A stretch of DNA of 32,000 nt from Haloferax volcanii DS2 (GTDB lineage Archaea > Halobacteriota > Halobacteria > Halobacteriales > Haloferacaceae), in assembly GCF_000025685.1 (NCBI RefSeq), contig NC_013964.1:270001-302000 (forward strand), in the 5' to 3' direction. Of this stretch, positions 24,060 to 32,000 are shown in pieces. The first letter of the stretch is position 1. Each line of letters starts with the position of its first letter. A program made the translations under genes and the position numbers. The notes beneath the pieces were generated by a model. The model was not told where the DNA came from. It saw nothing but the letters and a program-made list of their open reading frames with translations, and searched no databases.

Positions 24060-25153
24060 GTTCGTCGCGCAAAGCAGTTGTGCTACGAGTCGTATAGTCC
24101 GTCATCGTTTCGCGTCGGCTCGACTATCGCACCGCGCGGTATCTTCGGTCTACCGTCGCTCGAATTTCGGGAGGTCGACGCTTTTGAGGGTCAGGGCTTC
24201 GATTTCGGGACGTGAGAGTCGGTGAAAACGCACACATTACACAGCTAGCCGTGTTATTCAGATTTTCAATGTATTTAAAGCTAACGGGGATTGGAACTGA
24301 CTGGCGGTGATAACTGTTGAATCGTGATTGTGCACTCGATGCTCGCTGCCGCAGTAGAGGAGTGTTGACCTCTCGTACGACGTTCTTCACTACTCAGTCG
24401 CCGCTCGTGCTATCACGCCGGTTCGTCAGCCGGAGACGAAGCAATAGATATTGCGCCATACAGTTTATGAAATTGACGACTGTCGGTTTGCAGTACGAGA
24501 CAAACCCCCCGTCAGCACCGAGTCACCACAGTCGTGAGGGCCGAACCGGTCCAGTTAGAATAATCTGCTGCGTCACGTTTCGACAGTGAGTTGCAGCACT
24601 CTGGCGGTGTACCGGGAAAGTTCATCGACCTCAGTCCATCTCTCATCCGCGGGTATTCATGCGGCTCGTACCCTGGAGTCGAAGCACCCAAAGCGGCCCT
24701 CTGCCGACCAATCCGAGACTGAATACACGATTTTCGAGACAATCAGCGGTAGTGAAATGTATTTGAGGAGAATACGAGTGTCGTTGTCTGCTATGGACAA
24801 TGAGTTTTAGTAAACAGCTGATGGAAGCGCGTACAGGCTAAATGAACTGTATATCGCTATATTAAATTTGGAGAGTCGGTCGGAACACGGTTCGACGGAA
24901 CTGTCGTTTTCGCGTTGTTCCCCGGTGGTGGCTCGACCGGGCGCGTTACTGATGGAGAAAACGGAGTAACGACCGCCAGACCGTCGAATCGAGGATTCGA
25001 TTAGCGCACTGAGCTCACCCGACGGTCGCTGTGCAGCGACGTATCGGTTCAGTACTTCGCTCCGCTGGCGAGCACCGCTCGGAGACAGCAGTACTTAAAC
25101 ACCCATTGCAGATAGCATAACCGGGAAGTCAGTAAAGAGACTACTAACAATTG

Positions 25154-25918
25154 ATGTCAGAAGAATTCGGTTCGGAACTGGACGGAAAGGTCGCAATCGT
25201 CACCGGCGCGTCGTCGGGCATCGGCAGCGCGACGGCCAAGTCCCTCGCCTCTCGCGGGGCCAGCGTCGTCGTCGCCGCCCGCCGCGAAGGCGAACTCGAA
25301 GAACTCGCCGCAACTATCGAAGACGACGGCGGCGACGCCCTCGTCGTCCCGACGGACGTCACCGTCGACGACGACATCGACGCCCTCGTCGAGGCGACGC
25401 TCGACGAGCACGGTCGCATCGACATTCTCGTCAACAACGCCGGCCTCATGCCGCTTGCACACATCGGCGAGGCGGACCGCGAGACGCTCCAGACGACCAT
25501 CGACGTGAACCTTACCGGTCTCATCACGCTCACCCACGCGGTCGTCCCGACGATGATGGAACAGGAAAGCGGCCACATCGTCAACCTCTCGTCGGTCGTC
25601 GGCCGGTTCCTCCAGGCGAACAGTTCGCACTACAACGCCGCGAAAGCGGGCGTCAAGATGTTCAGCGACTCGCTGCGACTCGACGTCGCCGAAGCGGGCA
25701 TCCACGTCTCGTCAATCGAACCCGGCGCGGTCGACACGGAACTGCTCGACCACATCCCCGACGAGGAAGTCCAAAAGAACGTCAAGGACTACGTCGGCAC
25801 GATGGACGCGCTCGCGCCCGAAGACATCGCGCGGACGATTACGTTCGTCGTCACGCAACCGGAGCGCGTCGACATCAACGAAGTCCTCATCCGCCCCCTC
25901 GACCAGGTCCAGCCCTGA
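25154..25918 (+). CDS. short-chain dehydrogenase/reductase (SDR) family oxidoreductase
   Basis: ATG 25154 (track TTG 25151). TGASSGIGSATA cofactor motif. NNAG. Catalytic S…YNAAK (YxxxK). Confidence 0.9.
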   Translation: MSEEFGSELDGKVAIVTGASSGIGSATAKSLASRGASVVVAARREGELEELAATIEDDGGDALVVPTDVTVDDDIDALVEATLDEHGRIDILVNNAGLMPLAHIGEADRETLQTTIDVNLTGLITLTHAVVPTMMEQESGHIVNLSSVVGRFLQANSSHYNAAKAGVKMFSDSLRLDVAEAGIHVSSIEPGAVDTELLDHIPDEEVQKNVKDYVGTMDALAPEDIARTITFVVTQPERVDINEVLIRPLDQVQP

Positions 25919-25959
25919 GCCGCGTCGAACGACCAACACCTCACCTCTCGTTCGGCGTC

Positions 25960-25995
25960 TCGATACCGCGGTGACGTTTCGATACCGCGGTGACG
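25960..25995 (+). repeat. tandem duplication, 17-bp unit TCGATACCGCGGTGACG x2 (19-bp period)
   Basis: Identical copies at 25960-25976 and 25979-25995, separated by TT. Located 42 nt downstream of the SDR stop. Confidence 0.6.
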
Positions 25996-26143
25996 GCGCG
26001 ACGAGACGCGACGGTCCGAACCATGTTATCGGGTGCGTGTAGAGTCGTCGTTCGGTCCGAAGGCGACGTTCGGACGGCACGCTCGGGATACTGAGCCGCC
26101 GCGTGCGTGAGCGTCGTAGGAGCCGTCCGACGAAGAATACTGT

Positions 26144-26158
26144 GAGCGTGTCATAGAA
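26144..26158. repeat. terminal inverted repeat of the 1050-bp IS
   Basis: GAGCGTGTCATAGAA. Exact reverse complement of 27179-27193. Confidence 0.85.
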
Positions 26159-26164
26159 TCCATC

Positions 26165-27144
26165 TCATAGTATCTCACAGCCCGGTTCGTTTCCTCGCTC
26201 GTAGTTGGTGATGGCAATGACGAGCCGGAGACACAGCGCAAGGAACACTTCTGTTCGTGCGTGGACGCGGCCTCGGGCGCGGACGTGCCCGAGGCCGCAG
26301 TCCTTGACCGCGTCGTTGGTTCGCTCGACGCCTGTCCGGTTGTTGTACGTCTCCTCCAAAATGGATTGTTTCAGCTGCACGTCCTCGCTGTGTTCGGTGA
26401 TGCGGTTTTCCACCCGGTACTTAATATCGAGTGGATCATCGGTGTTTCGCGGGTTGTACGGCGCGATTGGCACAACCCCTGCGGCCAGCAGGTGGTCGTG
26501 CCAATCGAGGAGATCGTACGCGCTGTCTCCAAGCATCCAGACCGGTGTCTTGACGGCGAGCGCGTCACGCGTGACGCGCATCGCCGTCTCTTGATCCGCT
26601 TGTTTGCTCTGTGTGAACTCCGCCGCAATCGGGATCTTTGAACCGGTCGAGACGATTGTACAGCCGAAGCCGTAGTAGTATTCCTCAGCTGTTGGATCGT
26701 AGTTCCACGAGGCGGCGTCGTTGTACTGGATCGCCTCAACGTGGGTCGAATCGATGGAGTACGTCGAGTCGAGCAGGCCTGCTCGACGAGCCTGTCGAAG
26801 ACATCGTCGATAACGTGTTCGAGGTCGGTGAGAAACCGGTCAACTGTGTCTCTGGATGGCGGTTTGTCGAGGCCACAGTAGTACCAGACAAGGCCGTTGT
26901 GAAGTTCTCGTGTAACCGGCCGCGTGCCGTAGACATCCTCGTAGTAACAGTGGAGAAAGCCGCCCAAGAGATCTGGAGGCTGGTGAACTCGTGTTCGCCC
27001 CCTCGAAGCGGGGGCGAACACGTCGTACTCCAAGAGAAATTCGAACTCAAGGTGTTCGAACAGCGGTACTGTCTCAGTAGCCGCCGCATTCAAGAAGTCG
27101 TCTACCGAAGCTACGTCTTGCAGGGTTGTGCTGGTGTTGGACAC
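26165..27144 (-). pseudogene. DDE transposase (IS4/IS5 superfamily, YREK signature), single frameshift near 26780
   Basis: The N-terminal frame (GTG 27144) reads …TVDRFLTDLEHVIDDVFDRLVEQA and then becomes nonsense. The -1 frame reads AGLLDSTYSIDSTHVEAIQYNDAASWNYDPTAEEYYYGFGCTIVSTGSKIPIAAEFTQSKQADQETAMRVTRDALAVKTPVWMLGDSAYD…YNNRTGVERTNDAVK (Y-2-R-3-E-6-K) and runs to stop 26165. The frames switch at GTCGAGCAGGCCTG, about 26776-26783. Confidence 0.8.
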
Positions 27145-27178
27145 ACTTCTCGCACCCTGCTGCTTCGTACGTGACGCT

Positions 27179-27193
27179 TTCTATGACACGCTC
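27179..27193. repeat. terminal inverted repeat of the 1050-bp IS
   Basis: TTCTATGACACGCTC. Exact reverse complement of 26144-26158. Followed by TACTGT. Confidence 0.85.
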
Positions 27194-27533
27194 TACTGTT
27201 ACTAAAACGGATACCGGGCGGTCACGCGCCGAAGGGTAATGATAGCATTACTGGCAATGACAACCGACATGGATTCTGTGACTTCAACCAAGAAAGATTA
27301 CACGGATAAGTCTGTAATTTATTGGTCGGAACGACTCGGGGAAGCTGTTTCGCGGGCGAGAGCGAATCATCTCGAATCGGCGTAGGACACCGCCCGTGAG
27401 TCGTCTATCGGACGTTGAGTCGGCGTGAATCGAGAGTAAGGAGAGTATTACTAACCGGCCACGAACGCAGGTGTGGGACATTCGTTGGTCGGTGTCGTCA
27501 CCGCCGCGCTGGGCGGTCGACCGACACGACACG

Positions 27534-27689
27534 GAGCCGCTGTTCCCGTTCGGTCACGGCCTGTCGTATGCGACCATCGAGTACGGCGACGTGACCGTGT
27601 CCGAGCGCGAGACCGGTGACGGCTTCGAGGTCGCCGTCGACCTCCGCAACGCGAGCGACCGGACCGGAACGGAGGTCGTACAGGTTTTT
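27534..27689 (+). pseudogene. remnant of a GH3 beta-glucosidase C-terminal (fibronectin-III-like) domain
   Basis: Within track ORF 27471..27926, the segment EPLFPFGHGLSYATIEYGDVTVSERETGDGFEVAVDLRNASDRTGTEVVQVF matches the conserved FPFGHGLSY…V.N.G.R.G.EVVQ.Y end of GH3 enzymes. The roughly 600 aa expected upstream are absent. Downstream the frame decays into Arg-rich nonsense. Confidence 0.6.
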
Positions 27690-28018
27690 CGAATCGGTGG
27701 GAACGCCGGGCCACGACGCTCGAGGCGGAACCAACGCCGAAAAACGCGCCGCCGATGGCCGGTTCGCACCGGCCGAGACGGTCGTCTTCGGGAGCGTCGC
27801 CCAAACGGGGGTCCGGAGGCACCCCGCCAGGTACGTTCGTTCGTGACGCCCGAGATGAGCGAAACGCTAACCGGATTCGGAAGTATTTATTATCCAGAAT
27901 CAGAACTCGGTAAAGAGGTCAGGTAGCACACGGCGCAGAACGGACCAGACCATGATATTCGAAAACACATCCACAGTCGGTAGTATCGAGTGGCGTTTCA
28001 CCCCGTCTCGGTATCGAG

Positions 28019-29281
28019 ATGCGTCCCACCGGTATGGAGGGTTCAATGAGTAGCTCAGTGTCCGAATCTGACTCTCCACTCAAGGTCGCAACGTTACTGT
28101 TTGCGACGACCTTGGTTGCGCTCTCGGGCGCAATCGTCAATCCCGTGTTGCCGGCAATCGAAAGCGCGTTCCCGTCGGTTCCGAACGCGGGGACTTTGGC
28201 GCAGCTCGTCAGCACGCTGACTGGGCTAATCATCGCTATCTTCGCCCCGATAATCGGCGTGATAGTCGACCGATACGGTCGGAAAGCGGTGTTGGTCGGG
28301 TCGCTGGCGCTGTACGGAGTCGGACCATCACTGGCGTACGTCGCCGATTCGCTCTACGTAATTCTCGGGACGCGAGTCCTGCTCGGCATCGCCGTCGCCG
28401 GCATCATGGTGAGCAGTACGACGTTGATCGCTGACTACTACTCGGGCAAGCGCCGGGAGAAGGTGCTGGGCTGGCAGGGAGCCATCATGCCGTTCGGTGC
28501 AGCGGTCGCGGTGATCGCCGGCGGGGTCATCGCTGACCTCAACTGGCGGACTGCGTTCCTCACGTATCTCGTCGCCCTGCTCGTGCTCCCGGCGGTAGTC
28601 CGGTATATCGACGAACCGGACCGAGGAGATAAACAGCAGGCGGGGTCGATTCCAACGTGGACGGAGCTCCGAGAAATCCTGTCGACGCTCCCGCTCGCGT
28701 TCCTCGCGGCCCTCTATCTGATCATGTTTGCGGGGATGATCGGCTACAATCAGATTAACGTCGAGATTCCCTTCTATCTGCGGACGGTGACATCCGTCGG
28801 CGGACTGATGACCGGGGTCGCGCTCGCGGCGATGATGATTATCTCGGGGGTCGTCACGATGAACTTCGACCAAATCCGCGAGCGGTTCGACCCGGTCGTG
28901 ATTCTGGTCGGCGTCTTCGTCGCGACGGGCGTCGGGTTCACCGTCACGAGCCTGACCACCAACTACTGGGCTATCGTCGTCGGAATCGTCATCGCGGGAA
29001 CGGGACTCGGCCTGCTCCTCCCGACGACGAACTACTGGGTGTCCGCGCGGGTCGACGAGCAGTATCGCGGGCGGGCGCTCAGCGGCGTGACGACGACGCA
29101 GTTCCTCGGGATGTTTATCTCCCCGATAGCCGTCGCGCCGCTCATCGAGATGTTCGGAACCGGCCGAACCTTCCTCGTGCTCGGCGCGGTCGGGCTCGTG
29201 CTTGCCGGCGTCTTCGGCGCGATTGCCGTGCGCAACCAGTCTTCGCTGACCGAAGCGACGCCGGCCGGCTCGGACGGTTAG
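28019..29281 (+). CDS. MFS transporter
   Basis: 420-aa ORF with about 12 hydrophobic helices. VDRYGRK motif in loop 2-3. The start is uncertain (ATG 28019, 28034 or 28046). Confidence 0.85.
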   Translation: MRPTGMEGSMSSSVSESDSPLKVATLLFATTLVALSGAIVNPVLPAIESAFPSVPNAGTLAQLVSTLTGLIIAIFAPIIGVIVDRYGRKAVLVGSLALYGVGPSLAYVADSLYVILGTRVLLGIAVAGIMVSSTTLIADYYSGKRREKVLGWQGAIMPFGAAVAVIAGGVIADLNWRTAFLTYLVALLVLPAVVRYIDEPDRGDKQQAGSIPTWTELREILSTLPLAFLAALYLIMFAGMIGYNQINVEIPFYLRTVTSVGGLMTGVALAAMMIISGVVTMNFDQIRERFDPVVILVGVFVATGVGFTVTSLTTNYWAIVVGIVIAGTGLGLLLPTTNYWVSARVDEQYRGRALSGVTTTQFLGMFISPIAVAPLIEMFGTGRTFLVLGAVGLVLAGVFGAIAVRNQSSLTEATPAGSDG

Positions 29282-29380
29282 TCGCACGAGAGCGACGAGC
29301 GGGCGCGGATTGCTCCCGGCCGGGCGATAGCTGAGCGCAGTTGGCGCGGCCGCGACGGGACCGACCCGCTTGGACCCGTC

Positions 29381-29405
29381 CCGACCCGACCCGGCCCGAC
29401 CCGAC
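29381..29405 (+). repeat. pentanucleotide microsatellite (CCGRC)x5
   Basis: CCGAC CCGAC CCGGC CCGAC CCGAC, within non-coding DNA downstream of the MFS gene. Confidence 0.5.
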
Positions 29406-30493
29406 AGCGGTTCGGTCGGCCCGCTCCCTCGTTGGATGGTGTCCGCACAGCAACGTCGAGGGCGGACCGCCCGCGGAGAGGCGAGAGCGGTTCGTAGCGG
29501 TCTGCCGGAATGCAACAGAGAAAACCCGCCGCCGCGGAGATTACGGCTGGGCTGCATCGTTAGCTATTCGGGAGTAATATTGTAAATAAGATTGATTTCT
29601 ATTGGTCGGCCGCGTAGCTGTCAGTCCGCGAACGGTGGAGACGCTCCGCTCGTGGTTTTCGGGCGTGAAACTGCGCTCGACAGGATTCTATCGATACGAT
29701 CAGCTCGAAAACGGGGAGTAATCGAACGCATGCAGCCGAATGGGTCTGCAACTGTCGGAGTTCGGGTTCGCTGAAGACCGCGTGTCTCCGAGAGTCGGAA
29801 AGATGAACCGGCCAGCGTCGTCTCTTGCCGTCGAATCGATTGGCCGTCGAAGACGAGTTGAACCTAACTAATATTGTCCTTGATAAGCAAGTCACTATGA
29901 TGAGTCGACGAGGGGTTCGTCGACTGTACTCTCTCCGTCGGCTTCGCTTTCGACGGGGTGTATCAGATGGGATAATTCGACGGTGAAGAACGGAACCGTG
30001 AGAAAAACGCGTTCGGCCGACGAGTACCTGCGGCGACGCGGCCGACGACACGGTGAAGATGTACTTGTCCTACAATACCGAGTTCGAGAACGGATACGGT
30101 CGGTGACCGGCGACGACGTGCCGGACCGACCGTGTCAGTCGCCCGAGACCCTTTCATCGAACTGGTCGATGGGAGTCGGAACTCCCGCCCGACTCAACGC
30201 TCGGGGAGGTAGATAATCTGCCGACACAATGCGCTAACGGGCCAGCATGAGACGGCCAGTGAGCCAAGAGGATTCCGACCTCGCTGACGACGGCTGCCGG
30301 CAGTGAGGTCAATTATCACCTGCACGCGGAATCCGCGCTCAACCGCCAACATCTGGCCGCGGTAGTGAATCGCCATTCGAACAACACTCCGTGACGCGTC
30401 GGCGCGACGGCGAGCGACGCGGGAGCCGAGACGGACCCGGTGGCTCGGCGGTCACCGACGAGGGAGAGACAGAAGCGCTGTCCGCTGTCCGAG

Positions 30494-30500
30494 GCTTTTT
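30494..30500 (+). promoter_or_regulatory. T7 run acting as a TATA-like box for the IMPase-family gene (or as a terminator for an unannotated upstream transcript)
   Basis: TTTTTTT lies 25-31 nt upstream of ATG 30525, the spacing expected for a leaderless transcript. Confidence 0.35.
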
Positions 30501-30524
30501 TTCGCCGTGGGGAGATGTTCGGGC

Positions 30525-31328
30525 ATGGATGCAGACCCGCGCGAAGCAGTCGCAATCGACGCCGCGGAAGTGGGAGCCGACCACGCGTCGGCGCGTTTCA
30601 GAACCGAACTGGACATCGAACAGAAAGGCGACGCAATCGACCTCGTGACCGAGGTCGACCGCGAGACACAACGGCGCGTCATCGCGGCGATTCGAGAGCG
30701 GTTCCCCGACGACGCGGTCGTCGGCGAGGAGGACGACGAACTGAAGACCGTCCCCGAGTCGGGCTACGCGTGGATTATCGACCCGATAGACGGGACGCAG
30801 AACTACACGCGGGGGGCCCGCGAGTGGGTGACGAGCGTCGCCGTCGTCGAGAACCAGACGCCGATTGCGGCGGTGAACGTCTCGCCCGAGACGGGAGACA
30901 CCTACGTCGCGACGGCGGCGCGCGTCGAGCGGAACGGCCGACCCATGACGGTCAGCGACGAATCGAACACCAGCGCCTTTCTCGTCTCCTCGACGCTCCG
31001 GTATCAGGTGGGCGACCGGCCGGGAATCGAACGGCTCTCGGGCGATATCTTCGGGACGTTCGGTGAGATGCGAAAGCTCGGGACGACGCAGCTGACGCTG
31101 TCGCGACTCGCCGACGGGTCGATAGACGCGGTCATCGGATTCGACGAACACCCGAACGCGTGGGACACGGTCGCGGGGGTCTACCTCGTCGAGCGGGCGG
31201 GCGGAACGGTGACCGACATCCACGGGAACGCCTGGGGACCGGGACAGCCCGGTCTCGTCGCGTCCAACGGGCACGCACACGACGAGGTGCTCGAAGCGGC
31301 GCAGGCGGCGTTCGAGGAGACCCGATAA
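30525..31328 (+). CDS. inositol monophosphatase / fructose-1,6-bisphosphatase family protein
   Basis: Track ORF 30507..31328 (GTG), trimmed to ATG 30525 (MDADPREAVAID…). Metal-binding motifs VVGEEDDE, WIIDPIDGTQNY and NAWDTVAG. Confidence 0.85.
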   Translation: MDADPREAVAIDAAEVGADHASARFRTELDIEQKGDAIDLVTEVDRETQRRVIAAIRERFPDDAVVGEEDDELKTVPESGYAWIIDPIDGTQNYTRGAREWVTSVAVVENQTPIAAVNVSPETGDTYVATAARVERNGRPMTVSDESNTSAFLVSSTLRYQVGDRPGIERLSGDIFGTFGEMRKLGTTQLTLSRLADGSIDAVIGFDEHPNAWDTVAGVYLVERAGGTVTDIHGNAWGPGQPGLVASNGHAHDEVLEAAQAAFEETR

Positions 31329-32000
31329 CGGCGCAAACGGCATCACGCGGCATCGCGCCGACCCAAACCGAGTCCGTGGCGACGTGGGCGTGACCGCGAC
31401 CTCGACCCTGGGCCCCGACCGACTGAATTACACGGTTACGCCTGTAATGGAGATGCGGACGAGAGACCGACGACGACCGGGAACCGTCAGGCGACCGGGA
31501 AGGTATATCAACTCAAATATAGTTCTGAGCGCGGGAAGCCGCACAGGGGACCGACCTCGGACGGACGGCGCGGCCGCAGCGCGCCGACGGATGAGACGGC
31601 AAACGAGCCGGGTTGTTCACCCGCCGACGGATCTACTTAAACGTTCACGCGTCCGAAAACCGAGCCGAGATCGGTCGTCTCAGCCGCTCAGTCGCCCGTG
31701 AAACCGACTCTCACGCGTCTCGGAAGACTCGGCGTTCCTAACTTCCGAATACGTATATATGAACGAGCCGGTCACCCCGCAGCGGCCACGATGATTCCGA
31801 CCCGCACAGGTCGTAATAATCATAGATAACCATGTTAACTATTGACAATCAAAGCGCGAGCACATAAACGTTCGACTCCGCGGAACGCTCGGAGCACCGA
31901 CCAGTCGGGGAGTGTAACGGGTACGCGAGCGTGCAGCGCCGGTGTCGCGGCCGTCGCGAGGGCGACAGTAGTCGTGACGGAGGTACATCTTTAAGCCCAG

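Larger units (their letters stand above)
26144..27193 (-). mobile_element. IS4/IS5-superfamily insertion sequence, 1050 bp, with frameshifted transposase
   Basis: Perfect 15-bp terminal inverted repeats: GAGCGTGTCATAGAA at 26144-26158 and its reverse complement at 27179-27193. Perfect 6-bp direct repeat TACTGT at 26138-26143 and 27194-27199. A single transposase gene is split over two frames. Confidence 0.8.

Noticed and set aside
25050-25096. Two copies of CAGTACTT(C) (25050-25058, 25089-25096), matching the first 8-9 nt of the ISH3 terminal repeat
   Set aside because: Similarity stops after 9 nt (12/16 overall), there is no second end or transposase remnant, and the match is short enough to be chance.
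25960-29405. Short tandem repeats considered as a possible CRISPR array
   Set aside because: There are only two 17-bp units with a 2-nt gap, and separately a pentanucleotide microsatellite. No repeat-spacer periodicity and no cas genes appear anywhere in the window.
31329-32000. 105-aa ORF 31384..31701 and the AT-rich patch around 31740-31860
   Set aside because: The ORF is Arg/Thr/Pro-rich with no motifs. The AT-rich patch may be a promoter region for a gene beyond the window end, but nothing can be supported from the sequence available.

Overview
The sequence looks haloarchaeal: high GC, very acidic predicted proteins, TATA-like boxes about 27-30 nt upstream of start codons (leaderless style), and an ISH3-type insertion sequence (IS). 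High-GC coding blocks alternate with ORF-poor stretches that look lower in GC by eye, and there are three different IS elements, so this is probably an accessory or megaplasmid-like region. Left to right: (1) 1-6332, an arabinoside uptake and degradation cluster with a solute-binding protein (5' truncated by the window), two ABC permeases, a DUF624-like membrane protein, a Tat-secreted BNR/sialidase-like propeller and a GH51 alpha-L-arabinofuranosidase. (2) 6894-8291, an intact ISH3-family IS with a 5-bp target duplication, followed by a 1.7-kb ORF-poor island. (3) 9990-17358, a C1 and redox block with a Cys-type formate dehydrogenase alpha subunit translationally coupled to a cofactor-degenerate NuoF-like protein, plus RidA and a glutathione-independent-type formaldehyde dehydrogenase. 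(4) about 17601-19450, a complete IS200/IS605 element (tnpA and tnpB) with a hairpin-rich candidate omega-RNA region. (5) 19493-24059, a Mo/W-pterin cluster: a COG0523 GTPase divergent from an AOR-family protein that lacks three of the four [4Fe-4S] cysteines, a YqeC-like P-loop gene frameshifted in an A5 run, and MobA. (6) An SDR gene, a 1050-bp IS4/IS5-superfamily IS with perfect inverted repeats, a 6-bp target duplication and a frameshifted transposase, a GH3 beta-glucosidase remnant, an MFS transporter and an inositol-monophosphatase-family gene. No rRNA, tRNA or CRISPR array was found. The most unusual content is the Fe-S-less AOR-like protein with its maturation-type neighbours, and the degenerate NuoF-like partner of FdhA. 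All family assignments rest on motif recognition from memory, not on database searches.
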